Of a stretch of DNA of 64,000 bases, positions 50,065 to 63,651 are shown piece by piece. Both the position numbers and the translations under genes were made by a program. Below the pieces are notes generated by a model. The model had not been told where the DNA came from. It searched no databases and worked only from the letters and a program-made list of their open reading frames with translations. This DNA comes from Chiloscyllium plagiosum. Its lineage: Eukaryota. Position 1 is the first letter of the stretch, and every line of letters starts with the position of its first letter. The stretch covers positions 10,791,733 through 10,855,732 of the forward strand of contig NC_057744.1 of the NCBI RefSeq assembly GCF_004010195.1, given 5' to 3'.

Positions 50065-50279
50065 GAGGAGAAAGTGAGGTCTGCAGATGCTGGAGATCAG
50101 AGCTGAAAATGTGTTGCTGGAAAAGTGCAGCAGGTCAGGCAGCATCCAGGGAACAGGAGAATCGACGTTTCGGGCATAAGCCCTTTTCCTGAAGAAGGGC
50201 TTATGCCCGAAACGTCAATTCTCCTGTTCCCTGGATGCTGCCTGACCTGCTGCGCTTTTCCAGCAACACATTTTCAGCT
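50065..50279. mobile_element. Penelope-derived palindromic insertion with 90-bp arms, a central hammerhead motif and a 15-bp flanking duplication
   Basis: Arms 50096-50185 and 50195-50284 (2 mismatches). CTGATACAAATCTTA at 50050-50064 and 50280-50294. CUGAAGA-A-GGGC-UUAU-GCCC-GAAA-CG-UC at 50189-50216. Confidence 0.85.
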
Positions 50280-51899
50280 CTGATACAAATCTTATGTGAT
50301 CAAACCTGATGGGTTAGATTGACTTGAGATTTAGTATTTTGAGATCTATCCTGCACTGCTGGGAGAGTGATCCCTTCATCTGTACTGTCTATGATTTTAT
50401 TGTCTTCATGTAGGTCACTGCCTTACTTAAAGACTGACTATTGACTTGATTTGATTTATTGTCACATGTACCTAAGTACAGTGAAAATCTTTGTTTATGA
50501 GCAGCACAGGCAGATCATAGTAAGCAAGGACATACAGATCATAGGGTAAAAAAAAGAACTTGGACAGGGGCATACAGGTTACGCTGCACAGAGTGTGGGG
50601 GAGGCAAGATCAACATTAGCACTGTCTGACTCACGGATCCCAGCAAACGCCTTTAGTTACACTGTATTGTACATTATCTTGATCTCCAGGAGAGGTCATT
50701 CCATCCTCTCTTCTCTGTCTTGATAACCTGTGACTGATACCAGTGTTACATCATCTGATATTAACATACGCAGTCTCATTGTACAACAGATATTGAGGAT
50801 TAATCATTCACTTATTTTCTTTGAATTTAAAAAAAGTCCAAAAATATACTGGGAGAGGTGTGAAGTTTTTCATAAAGTAATCAAATCTTTAAATAAAGTT
50901 TCCTTTCTGATTTTTTTGGAGAATATATTGTGGGCCTATACTGTCTAAGTTTAGAAAAGTGAGAGGTAATTTAATAGAAATGTGTAAAATTCTAAAGTGG
51001 TCTGTTGCAATAGATACTGAGAGGTGGCTTCCTCTGGCTGGCTAGGCTACCCTGAAAAGGAGAAAGGGGAATAGTCTAAGCAGAAGCAGCTGATTATTTG
51101 GAATGAAAGGAGAAATATCTTTTCTCGAAACATGAATGTTTTAGTCCAGAGGATTGTGGAGGGTGTAGGGTATATTTAAGGCTGAGCTTTAGTCTCTCAG
51201 GGATTCCAGAGTTAAGGGCAGTGAGCATGAGAAAGGAACTGAGGCAGAAGATCAACTCTGATCATTTTGAGTGTCAGAGCAGACTCAAAAGGCTTGCTTC
51301 TTCTTCTTAGATCCTGATATTCTTATTTTTCTGAGGTAGCTGTTTCTCAGTGATAGCAGAGTCAGAGGATTGTGTTCAAGTATCAGAAGTCTCAGCTACT
51401 ACTCTATCGTAGTTCTGATACAGCCCAGGTGAGCAAGCTTCTCAGTTTCTTGGCTGATATTTATCCATTATGGATAGGAAGGCTAAACATAGCGATTGAT
51501 TCAAGCAGAGACTTAACAGAGTGTGGCAGAGACAGAGAGGACAACCAGCCTTCAACTCAGAGATATACTTATACCTTGAAATGGTTCAGATGTTGCGGTG
51601 GTAGTGATGTTGAAGCTGTTAGTATTCAGTATCATTCCTCCACTGAAACTGACAGTACATTTAAGAGACTGCGACGGTTGGATAAGTGAAAATCTAAAAG
51701 TCACTCTTTGTGACTGTATGGCAATCCTAAATGTGTGCTGTTGAGATCGTCCCCTACCCTGCAGAAACTTAATCAATGGGAAATCTATTGCCTATAACGT
51801 TCCACTTATTCTTAAAACCATTGTGAAAATTAAATCTTATTAAACAAAATGTAACTGGGTTAATATATATTTACTGCCAAACACTCCCAATGGTCGTAA

Positions 51900-53060
51900 A
51901 AGTCAATTATTTACAATATGCAGCTCCTGTTTATTGACCAAAAGGGTCTGCACTTCTTCCTCAGAATGCTGCCTGTCTTTTACCAAGATATCATCATGGT
52001 CGACTCACACTGGATCTTCCCACCATCAGGAGTAGAGGCTATCCTCAAGAATCCACACCTCCACCGTCATGGGTTTGAGAATTGGCAGAGGGGAGGACCA
52101 GGGCTACGAGCGGGTGACTAAAGTCAGGAATGAGCTGGGTGGGAGGGTCATAGGCTGGATCCTGCCACACGAATTGGCACATAGGGCAGCAGTGGACGTC
52201 CAGCTCATGGCTGATACCATCCATTGCCTGAAAACGGCAGTGCTTGGACCTGACACTGTGCACCAGTCGGAGGATTCTCAGGCGTCTGGTGGAATCCTGT
52301 CTTTGTGTACCCTTACTCGGACGGAATTTCATGTTGGCCCCATGATCCTGACCCTCCCTCAGGAATCTACATCCCACAACCTGAGCAGCCTCCTGATTAC
52401 ACGGAGTATGTCTTTTTGCCTTCCACAAAGGCAGTTTTTGTACAAGCTGCTGCTGCACACCATCCACCTTCACTCTTAACCTCTACCACCTGGAGACGCC
52501 ATGGTGAGTTTATTTGCCACTGGATGGCAGGGATCCATAGTGGAGAGCTCTCTACATGGGAATCCTCCTATTTTCCATCGGGAACATGGGTGGAGGGTGC
52601 TGCATGGAACTGTCCCGTATAACTGCAGATTGCAACGGTTCACAGACTACCAGCCCAACTGTTTACTTTGCAGCACTAGGAACGCTCTGGGCCATGTATA
52701 TATTGACTGTGGGGTTTGCACTCCCTTTATAGTTACTTGAAAAGTCTTTTGTTGTGTTTTGATTGCACTTCAGCCCCCTGATCTTTGAGCACCTGGTGCG
52801 AAGGGATGTGGGCAGTTCAGAGGACCAGTTATGGGTCTGTTCCTGGGCCTGGTCAGGCTGACTATAAACAGGTCTGGGCAGCGGCTGTGGTGCAGGTCAT
52901 TTCTGCTACCAGCCTACCCTTATTCGCAGTTATGTTTGACCCTGGGAGAGGGAGCATGCGGTGTCCACCAACATTCTTGATGCCTTTACACAGAGGTGGG
53001 GACTGTGGGAGTAGACTGCTTTATTTACAACTCCAATTTCATTTTGATTTCGTCCCTTTC
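51900..53060 (+). mobile_element. Tx1-like LINE ORF2 C-terminal region (zinc-knuckle)
   Basis: GWRVLHGTVPYN...CLLC...GHVYIDC in ORF 52501..52740, followed by LHFSP. Confidence 0.7.
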
Positions 53061-54217
53061 TTCTCTCCCTATTCCCCACCCTTGCTTTTTTGACATTAGC
53101 ATTGCCCTTAACAGGTTTTGCTTGTAAATAAACAATTGGCCACGCAGTATTTTTCTGGTGGTGGAAAGAATATATAATAACGTCTATTTACAGCAATGTC
53201 TTTTTTCTGTTTCATTATTTATAAATGTATACCACAGGAAATTTGGAAAAATAAATTTTAACAAGCCAATTTTATGTTAATAGAATGTCATATTTTTAAA
53301 TTATGATTTTTAAAAAGCAGCATATTTTTATACTAACATTTGTTTACCTTTTTTCAACTTCTACCTTGATCCAAATATAATCATTCACTTTGAGGGGAAT
53401 AGATACATTTAATGGTAGTTGTCATTTAAAGAAATGAAAAAAGACATAAGGGGCAATTTTTTTACACTGAGGGTGGTTTGCATGTGGAATCAATTTCCTG
53501 AGGAATTGGTGGATGTGGGTACAATTACAATGTTTAAAAGACATTTGAATTAAGTACACAAATAGGAAAGGTTTACAGGGCCAGGAGCAGGCAGGAGGGA
53601 CTAGTTTAATTTTAGATTATGTTCAGCATGGACTGGTTGGAGCAAAGGGTCTATTTCCGTGCTGTATGACTCTATGACTCTAAGAAAATGTCTTAATTCA
53701 AAGTAAAGGATAAAACACTTTTAACTTTCTACTTTGTTGTCTGTGAGAATACTTCCATGTGATTGACTGTACACAATTGCTTTTACTGCTGCTACTTGCT
53801 GAGAGATTTTCTGGATATAATATGTCAGGGGAAAGAACAAGTCCATGCCACAGAAATTGCTAGATCGTTATGGGCACTTGTCTTCTAAGTTAAGGGTAAC
53901 ATGATTATTTGCCAATGGTCAGAATATCCAGACCCATGTTAAAAATGTAGCGACAATGCTTTTTAACTAAAGCAGGAGACTTAATTTCAACTCATTTACT
54001 GGAAAGCATCCTGGTCCTCCCAATTAAAAATTGCTCAGTTCATATCACCTAATAAGCTTTTATCACTAAATTCTTACTTAACTGTGTTATTTTTGAGTAC
54101 ATAGTTTAACAGAGCAGACAATTATATTTTGATTGCACAAAAATGATGCTTTCACAGAAGTAGACGATATTAGATAAAGGCAGAAATTTTTATACATTTC
54201 ATTTCTTTTACTTGCAG

Positions 54218-54281
54218 TATGAATATTTCTATCGTACAATATATGGGGATTCATATAACAAGGAAGAGAAACGACGTGAAT
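54218..54281 (+). CDS. CFAP68: CFAP68 coding exon 2 (YEYFYRTIYGDSYNKEEKRRE)
   Basis: Polypyrimidine tract with TTGCAG acceptor and GTAAGT donor. 64 nt, resembles HYFETTYDTSYN. Frame links exons 1 and 3. Confidence 0.8.
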
Positions 54282-54999
54282 GTAAGTAATAAAGGTTTAT
54301 AAGGCAAAAATAACAGTTGGTCAAGAAAATACTTTATATCTTGATTGAAGAGATCAGTTTTATGGGTGCTAATTGAAAGGCTGTTGTATTTTGAATTTAC
54401 AATGCCGATATTTCCAAACTCTTGGATATAAATTTTATCTAATAAGTAACATCAACTTCTATACAATTGTAGAGTGCTTTGGAACAGAAGGGCATGGAAT
54501 TTGTGAATAATCACTGGAGATGGAAGGAAAGCTGCAAAAGACGAGGGGAATCAGAAGAGAGGATGGTGTGTGCAGGAATTTAACGAAAGGAAACCAGAAC
54601 CAAAGTAGGTTCAGGATGTGTCAGGAAACAATTTGAAAACAAGGATGTGAAGATGCTTGACATAGTGGGTTAAAAGAAATTAGTGGAACTTAGAGAGGAT
54701 GGGTGTGATTGGAATGCCTCATGTATTGAACTCGCTTTGCCGCTCATTAAACTTTTGCTAGGACTAAGCCTTTGCAATTAGGTAGGAAAGTTATTTTTTT
54801 TATTTCTGTAATATCTAATTGAATTTGTATTTTGCACTTGGCATTAAACTGAATCCACAGTTCAGTTCTGTAGATGGGTTTTCAGTGAAAGAGCAGTTTA
54901 ATTGACAGCCAGCTGAAACTGGATTCTCTTTAAGTGAGTTAGATTGAGTTAGGATCATCTAAAACTGAACAACTGAGCGTGACCTAACACTTGAATGCA

Positions 55000-55950
55000 A
55001 ATTTAGAATAAAGTGCCAGAATTAAGCTCTTTAGGGAGTTAAGCAGAGGAAGCAAAACAGGTATTCTGTTGCTTTTACCTACACATTTTCAGCCTCCAGG
55101 AACTGATTATTGCAATGCTACAGAGGAAGAAGCTGGTTAACCAGTGAGTATCTGGTAAGTGGTTAAAGTTTATTTCATTCCTAAGGATCAAAAGAGTAGA
55201 GCAACTGGTGCTAAGCTTAATAAAATGTATAAAAATATAATGTGAATACAACAATTCATTAGTTCCTTAAAACCCATTAAGGATGGTTGGGCAAGTGATG
55301 CATCCCAGTTACAGCATGTGGGAGTTCCTGGTTTCTGGTTTGATCCACGTTCTGTAGTGTGTGTTTGAAGTTCAAGAAGCTTTGATTCAGACTTTATGAA
55401 CCAAATGCTCAACTACACACTATTCCATTTCAGGAATGGGGAAACATGAGAACATAAGAAATAGGAGCAAGAGTAGGCCCCCTGGCCCATTGACCCTGCT
55501 CCGCCATTCAATAAAATCACAGCTGGACTCTGCGTCACTCACCCACCCACTCACTGTAACCCCTAATTCCTATACAGTGCTTTAAGAACATTCAACAAGG
55601 TAGCCTCAACTGCTTCGCTAGGCAGTGAATTCCATAGATTCACAATCCTTTGGGTGAAGAAGTTCCTCCTCAACTCAGTCCTAAATCTGCTCCCCCTTAT
55701 TCTGAGGCTATGCCTCTTCGTTCTAGCTCCCTGGAAAGTTACCTGGACTCTTTGCACCAGAGACAGTCACCCTTCTTACAGTTGGATCATCTGATCTGGT
55801 CCGTGTTTAGGCACAGGAGGATATGACTGAGTGTGGCAGGTCAGGGGATCAAGATAGCAGAAAGGCAGAAACTTCAACCTTTGTAATTGTCCATCGATTG
55901 GAGGTTCTTACAGCTTGTCTGGATGAGAGTGAGGATGACAGGGGGTAATA
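55000..55950 (+). mobile_element. Probable CR1 5'/ORF1 remnant with an antisense CR1 3' tail (about 55445-55740)
   Basis: gatggttgggcaagtgatg...agcatgtgggagttcctgg resembles a CR1 ORF1 start. ORF 55563..55757 is a CR1 C-terminus. Confidence 0.5.
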
Positions 55951-56168
55951 AGCTAACTGACCATATCATCATGTTAATAATAATAGTATAACAGAATAAT
56001 TACAGCACTTCAATGGTGTGTACAAGGTATTGTAAGCCTTACATCCAGTGGTATATATGTTGTTGCACAGTGATTATGATATACATTGTTGAAAAAAATA
56101 TGATGAAATCCAGTTTAATGAAAAGAAACATTAAACGTCACTGTGTTTGAAATGATTCTTTTCTCCAG

Positions 56169-56611
56169 CGTTTGAAACAGAGCCACATGTTTACCCTACA
56201 CACCAACCAGAATTGGACCCTCCTTATAGCAAGCAATTTCCGAAAACGAGCTACATGATAGACTACGTGGATCCTGCGCTCCTAATGTACCCTCCCTGCC
56301 CTCCGGATTTGAACAAGGTGGAGAATGAGCAATTACAATATTGTGGACCCCCGGCTCCATCAGGCACTGATGAGACAGTAGAGCAGAATCAGTTATGTGG
56401 TACTTACATCCCTTTAAATCCCACCATTGCGACAGACTTGGAGGCACAGCAAAACCAGCAGCCAGATGTTCCAGAGTTTTGTGGATATCACCTTCCTACA
56501 AAAATGCCATTAGGACTGTGCACGGCTAGGTTTTGTGAGCCATGCAAGCCTACAGTCTTAGCTTCTTCAGGACCAGGTTTGGCTGCATGTTGTTCATCCT
56601 CCACTCCCTGA
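56169..56611 (+). CDS. CFAP68: CFAP68 last coding exon (FETEPHVYPTHQPELDPP...TSYM plus a long Cys/Pro-rich tail)
   Basis: F..EPH..P.HQPELDPP motif, TTCTCCAG acceptor, TGA at 56609-56611, AATAAA at 56715-56720. Confidence 0.85.
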
Positions 56612-58563
56612 ATCAGTGATGAACATTCAATGAAGAACCAAAATGAGAAAAACTACAAGAGAATTTTAAAATGACTCTTTGTTTTCTTTTCAGAGTGAAT
56701 GGAAATGGCTCATTAATAAATAGGGAATGATATACCTGTTGTTCTTCTGTTATGAGATTTGTATAAGGTATGACCAATCTGTGCCTCAGTCCATGACCAG
56801 TTGTCAGAAACAAAAAAAACTATATCAAAATGATGTGGAAGACTATTAAACCCATGAGCCAAAACAGTAAATTAAATACCTAAGTTGCTTCATAAAATCA
56901 AAGATGTTTGGATTTCCACTGCCATTGTTCCCACAGGAATATTATAAAGGGACATAGGAATATTATAAAGGGATTCACAAACTCTTGTTAAAAACTACAT
57001 TAAACACACATGCTTTACCATTAATACCTGCTTGAGTATTTGGTCATTCTAGTTATTGGAAGACTTTTTAAAACTAATGTTTTAAAGTTAAAAGCTGACA
57101 ATTTGTTTGATTTTTATTGAGAATTTTACACAACACGCAAGAAAATTGTACTTGTTTTTGCACTTGAATAAATATTTCTTTTTTATAGCTTGGAGATGTA
57201 AGTTCATGGTGATTGTTTTAAGAATGTGCATATTTTTACAGTGAGGGTATCTGAAGGCTTGTTTTTAAAAGGTACATTGTTTTGCCAATGTTAAACCTAT
57301 AAACTCTAAACACTGATTTCTGTATTTTTGTTGCGGCTGTGATGGGATAAGTGTAGCAAACTATAGAATGTCATTGTCTTAAAATGTCTTTTTAACATTA
57401 TATTTTAGTTTTTAAGTTTTAGTTCAGTGTTGCATTTTGATTATACATCCCTCTTTAGGTAGGAGTGCAGTTGATTTAAAACAATGAACAGGTTCACAAC
57501 CATTCTGTGACTGGCGAGAGGGAGATCCAGATGTTTACATCAATGGGACTTCACACCTACAACAGTAGAATTTAAGCTGTCTTCTATCAAACGATATAGT
57601 AATTTCTCTTCAAATAACTGAAGGAGAATGCTGGAAATCTGACATACCATAAGTGGTTGTTATCTAAAAAGGGAGAAATTTGGTTAAAAAGGCTGAGGCT
57701 CTTGTACTTTCTAATTTATGAAAGCATTTTTTAAACACTGTTAGTTTTTCTAACTTCAGCAAGTAATTCTCATTTCCCATCTCTGACTGTAAAAGTCACC
57801 GTAGCTCTACCAGATCACAGAGTTGCTCACACGTGAGAGAAAAGACTGGTGATGGTTTAATGGAAGGCTCACCATGCCTCAGGTCAGGGGAGAGCCTTCC
57901 ATGGTAATCTCACTCAAAATTGGAATTGAACCCACACTGTTGGCATCATGCTGCCAGCCAGTTGAGCTATCCAATCCCCACCTGTTCTACATTTCCAATG
58001 GTCTCCATGTCAACATTCAAACATCTTAGGTGATATACCATCTGATCATTACAATGAGATTAAAGTACATATCCTCCATTTCATTAACAGTTGCTCAGAA
58101 CATTGCCTCACTTTTCAGACAAATAGACCTTGTCTTCTGAACTTTTTAAGGAAATTTCAAGTGACAATAGAACATTACATACCCAGCTATAATTTGCACA
58201 GTGGTCAGCTTCTGAAGTAAACTAAAATGTATTCCTATTAATGGTTATATCTTGTACTAAATCTATGCATGTAGTTCATTCATTAAAGATGTGCATTATT
58301 CATTAGTGGAATATTAATAAATGATTTACACAGAGATATTGTTAAATTATCTCAAAGGATGAAAAATATCTTAGCTCTGTTTAATGAACAATGTATATAA
58401 ATGCAGTTAGTTTTATGTTATTTTGTTTTGCAATTGATTGCTTAGCATTTTGCAAACCAGTAAAGCCAAAGACCAAAGTAAAGAAACACAAACTATGCAA
58501 TGGGTTCTTCATATGATTGACTTTATTTAAGTGGAAATTTCACTAAGGCAGTGAAGATAAATG

Positions 58564-58569
58564 TTTATT
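58564..58569 (-). promoter_or_regulatory. Candidate CRYAB polyadenylation signal AATAAA (second at 58522-58527)
   Basis: TTTATT on the + strand about 120 and 163 nt past the stop. Confidence 0.55.
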
Positions 58570-58689
58570 GCAGGCTAACAGATTTTAAGGAATGTGTGAT
58601 TATTTAGCAAGACAAAACAATACATTTAAAGCGAAAGGCAATACTTTAATGGCTTGAAATCATTTCACATTGAACGGAACAGAAATGAT

Positions 58690-58893
58690 CTACTTTTGCT
58701 GAGGTCCAGCAACTGCAGGCTTTTCCTCTCGGGTGATGGGCACAGATCGCTCAGGAATATCAGCCAACTTCCTGGGACCACAAATTGTAAGTACTCCATC
58801 CACTGACAGAGAGCTGGTGATCAGTGTTGGATCAACTCCTGTTGGAATCTTGTACTTTCGGTGAAATTCTCGAGAAACATAGCCATGTTCATC
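58690..58893 (-). CDS. CRYAB: alphaB-crystallin exon 3 ([22 protein letters not shown]...[21 protein letters not shown])
   Basis: Hand-translated. [15 protein letters not shown] (IXI/V-type motif) and EKPAV tail. 204 nt, TAG stop. Exon 1 is not in the window. Confidence 0.96.
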   Translation of the reverse strand, partial: DEHGYVSREFHRKYKIPTGVDPTLITSSLSVDGVLTICGPRKLADIPERSVPITREEKPAVAGPQQK

Positions 58894-61204
58894 CTACGGA
58901 ATAAAAGATTTGACCATTAAAAACTGTGTTCAGTCAACTTTTCTATCGATTTTACAAGAAAAAAACCTGATTCCATTTTATTTTTGACTATCGCATACCA
59001 GGTCAAATAAACTATAAGACAATATACCACACAACCCAATACACAAATTAACTTTCTCATTCATCAGTAGTACAGTTCTGGAACTTTGACAATCCTTTGA
59101 AATGCAAGGTAAAAGCCATTGTGCTCCCTTTAAGTGAAACTCTTTAAATTCCTTACTGGGAGTGCAGGTATTTACCACAGAATTTAATTGTCTATAAATT
59201 CATATTCTATTAACTTTCAGTGGAATAATGTTTACAGCCATGTTAAGTTTTAAATATGGAATTTATATATCAGAATTGTGAGCTTACAGTTCAGAGTGAC
59301 ACTTTTTCAACTGGATAAATATCTTTTGCAAGTACTCAAGAATTTCAAAGTACTCAAAGTTATATAAATCCAATGCAAAAGAACATAAACTGGTAAGTGA
59401 CTGGGTGCAGGAAAGTGACTCTTGAAACATTACAGAATACCCCTCCAATACTGCATAAATATCACATTCCACTGTAAGAGCTTCAGTTTAAATGGCACCT
59501 GCTTGAATGTTAAGATTGCAAGGTACACCACACATTTTATCCCCCAAAACAATTATTTATAAAAATCATTATAACAGTGGTTCACCAACTTTTATTAATA
59601 TAAGAATAATAATACATTTCAAAAGTAATTTGTTGGCCATGAAGTACTTTGGGAAATCCTATATGAATGGTGCTATATCAATGCAAGTCTCCACAGGCCA
59701 GTAAATCATTGATTTAATATTTATTGTAGCTTAGTTAATCTCAGTAATAACACTACCACAATTATCTCCAACATCCTTTGGTCAGGGATGGAAACACTGG
59801 CAGAGTTCCTGCTCCTGGCCTCTGCACCCACACTGTAAGAATTCTATGATTCTATCCAGTGTGCCCTGTTAGGTGTACAACAGTAGCCATATTATAAAAA
59901 TGTTTTTTTGATCAACATGTTCCAAGATGCTCCATACCTCTGCAACAGATGAGAGTTGAACCTGGGTCTCCTGGCTCAGCAGTACGGATTCTACCACTGC
60001 ACCACAAGACCCCTGCAACAATGGACATTAAGTGAAGAGAGAATTAAACTCATCTGTGATGCTCAGACCAGTCAAATAACTTGCCAATTATCATTGTAAT
60101 GGCTAATGCTTGGACAATGATTGCCTTTATACAATTTTTTTTTAGATTCCCTCCTCCGAAGACTAACTCACCCAGACCCATTTCCCCTCTGACTAACGCA
60201 CCTAACACTGTGGGCAATTCAGCATGGCCAATTCAACTGACTTGCACATCTTTGGACGTGGGAGGAAACCGGAGCACCCGGAGGAAACCCACGCAGACAC
60301 TGGGAGAATGTGCAAACTCCACACAGACAGTCGTTAAATCATGAAATGTCAGATATTAACAAAGGATTCACTGTCATGGTTTTTGGTGTTATCTATAGTC
60401 CTTGGCCACATTGCAGTCTTGTAACTAAGTTCCCGGAATGATTCTATATTTAATTTTGCACAGCAAGGGCATGTGATGGCTTAGTTCAGCATAAAAGAGT
60501 GCTCGATTGCTATGTTTTAGTGGATAACATACCAGTCCTCAATTTAGACTGGCCTCTATTGGAGTATCTGTTAACTTGTTACAGGGAGCCAATTATCTTC
60601 ATCATAAATATTATACTTAACAAATTCAGGCTTTTTTTAACATTCTTGCTGGTATACTTTAGTGGTTTTATGATGGTCAGGCAATTTGAGAATGTTTCAC
60701 AAATGGATAAGGAGATGTTAAAATGTTGCTAAGTCACCTGGCATTGCTCCAGTGATAATAAATCTGGTTAATATTTTTATGCACCACTACTGCTGTGAGC
60801 AGTACCTATTAATACCGTAGTAAACAAAGTTATTAAGTTGGTCAAATTCATTCCATTAATAAAGTTGTATTTCAAGAAATTGCAAATCCTTCACTTTTGT
60901 GTAAAATTGTGGTATCTGATTTGACGTGCTTTTCTTCAATTGATTTTGAAATCTGATTATGGCTTGGTTTCAAATCCTGATGAGGGATTAGATATTGAAC
61001 GACTGCAGTTTCAGCTGTCAGCCAAATCATCAGCCAGTGAAGAAATCAATATGTAATTTAACTCTCTCTCTGCCAAAATGCAGTGCCTACAATTTACACC
61101 AGACCAGCAAAAATCCATTGAGCTCTCCCACCACTGAAGCAAGTGAGTCCAAGTACAGGACAAGTCAAAAATGAAGCAAAAATAGGGAGAAACGTAAGAA
61201 TTAC

Positions 61205-61327
61205 CTGGCGTTCTTCATGCTGAGCCTGTACTTCAACAAAGTCACCCAGAACTTTCACACGGATTTCTTCAGGAGTAAAATGTTTAACATCAAGGTGAAT
61301 AGTAAATTTATCCTTGTCCAGTCTCAA
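61205..61327 (-). CDS. CRYAB: alphaB-crystallin exon 2 ([41 protein letters not shown])
   Basis: Alpha-crystallin domain motifs LDVKHF.PEE and HEERQ. 123 nt, CAG/GTAATT boundaries. Confidence 0.96.
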
Positions 61328-63191
61328 CTGCAAGAGAGACAGAGCACAGTACATCTACTTAGAAAAGAATGAATGCCAAATTCCTAAGCTGTTTTCTTGT
61401 CATCGGTATTAGGAAGCTGATAAAATGAACTCGGATCATGAATTTCTGGAGCTCAACACTAATGACAGGAGCATCTCTTTCAAGATATCAATACAATACA
61501 TTACCATTCATAAGCCAAAATGTCAAAATAAAATTCTAGCCAATTATGTATTAGCTTTGAGTCTCAACCATCAGGGCTGCAAACTTGCATTATATGAAAA
61601 ATATATTGTCCTTTATAGCCCATCACACAATACAGGTTGTAATTAAAACACAAAGAAGGGTCACTGAACCCAAAATATTAACTCTGCTTTCTTTCCACAG
61701 ATGCTGCCAGACCTACTGGGTTTTCCTAGCAATTTCTGTTTTTGTGTCTCATTTCCAGCATCTGCAGTTCTTTTTTTTGTTTTAAACTTGGGCTGAGATT
61801 ATTAAAATACCTGAATAATCTTATGTGAATGTTCCATATTTAATAAAACCTCTACTGCTATATTAGATGACAAGCAACTAAACACTAGTCCCTTCAAGTT
61901 GCACTAACTAATCAATCTTTTACTTAACCTTTTTCTTAAATGTACTTCCCAGTGTGAATTATGATAGTTTCCTTCTCCATTTCAGCAATGTAAAACACCT
62001 CTCCATCAAGTAAAATAATCTTGTCTATTGACTTTTGAACCTACAAATTTTATATATGAGTTAATACTCCCAATGCAGAACTTGGAGGAGTACAATGGAG
62101 GTGCGTAACAGATGTTTGGGTTTGTAGGAACATCAGCTGGTGTTATTGCTTTCTGTGCCAGAACTCCTGAGATGCATTCCTAACGTGTGAATTACTGTTT
62201 AGGGATGGGTAACTTATACGATATACTCCACATGTTAAAGTAAACATTCAATCCTCCCACCATCAGCACATGAAATCTAGAGGACGCTTATTCAATTTAA
62301 TCCTAAGACTGCCAACTATTAGAAAGAATTCCTGATCTAATAGCACTGTGAAAGTGTATTAAGTGCATAGAGTGCAGTGTAAAGAAAGAAGATTTGTCTT
62401 TTTCCCAAATGCATCTAGAAATGCTCAATAAATGCTGGCCTTGCTTATGATTCCCATAGTCCAAAATGAATACAATGAAGCAATGGATTATCGAAAATGA
62501 TATGAGAAATCTCAACAAGATCGCAGGGTATAAATGCAGATAATTGAAAGAGAAATTTAAAATACATATACAATTTTATTAAAGTGCAATGAGTATTTAT
62601 AAAAATCATTGTATAGGCTAATGGAAAAAAATATTGTGGTTATAGAAAATGCAATTATGTGCTGTGAAAACAAGTTATACATATTTGAGCCAATTATTGT
62701 TTTTTTTTGACATTAGAGATGGCTTACCAAGTTTCTACACCATTGGTAGAGGGAGTTGATGTTTAAAGTGGTGGATAGGGTGCCAACTGAGCAAACAGCA
62801 TTTACCTGGATAATCCAGGCATGAAGTGAGTATCCAAGCAGCCTCAATGTGTGCCTAGTAGATGATGGCAAGGCTTTAGGAATTTGGGAACTGAACTGCT
62901 GGTGGCTCAAGAAACTATTGCATTTTTGTCCAGGTTGAGTTACTAGTCAATTTGAATGGTAGAAGTTTCACAGATAGTCATGTCAACAAATGGTAAGGAA
63001 AGGTAGTTAGACTCCTTTTTTGTTAAGTAGTGATTACCTAACACTTGTCTGCAAATTTAAAGTGACACTTGTTGACTCAAGCAGAAGGTTATGAAAAGAA
63101 TATTTCTAGCATTAAGCACTGAAAGATGCGATCCAGCTTTCCTAATTCTGAGCTGTTTTATGACATAGATTCACAAGAATATTTTCAGAGG

Positions 63192-63651
63192 TATCAAATG
63201 TGATTCCAGGTAAATGATGAAAAAGAGGTGATCAGACTTACTGGAGAGTAACCAAGGCATGCATAGAGAAAGTCAGAAGTCACATGACACCAGGCTATAG
63301 TTCTACAGGTTTATTTGAAATCACAAGCTTTCAGAGCGCTGCTCCTTCATCAGGTGAAGTGCTCTGAAAACTTATGATTTCAAATTAACCTGTTGGACTA
63401 TAACCTGGTGCTACTGTGACTTATCAAATGTGATTCCAGGTAAATGATGAAAAAGAGGTGATCAGACTTACTGGAGATTAACCAAGGCATGCATAGAGAA
63501 AGTCAGAAGTCACATGACACCAGGCTATAGTTTTACAGGTTTATTTGAAATCACAAGCTTTCAGAGCGCTGCTCCTTCATCAGGTCAAGTGCTCTGAAAA
63601 CTTATGATTTCAAATTAACCTGTTGGACTATAACCTGGTGCTACTGTGACT
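63192..63651. repeat. Tandem duplication, 2 x 230 bp (3 differences), each unit containing a Penelope-derived hairpin
   Basis: TATCAAATG starts at 63192 and 63422. Confidence 0.92.
63321..63357 (-). ncRNA. Minimal type I hammerhead ribozyme motif (second copy at 63551-63587)
   Basis: Minus strand: UCAC-CUGAUGA-A-GGAGC-AGC-GCUCU-GAAA-GC-UU-GUGA. Stem I 4 bp, stem II 5 bp, palindromic AGCU helix III. Confidence 0.65.

Noticed and set aside
56933-56972. Short direct repeat AGGAATATTATAAAGGGA x2
   Set aside because: An ordinary slippage duplication with no sign of function.
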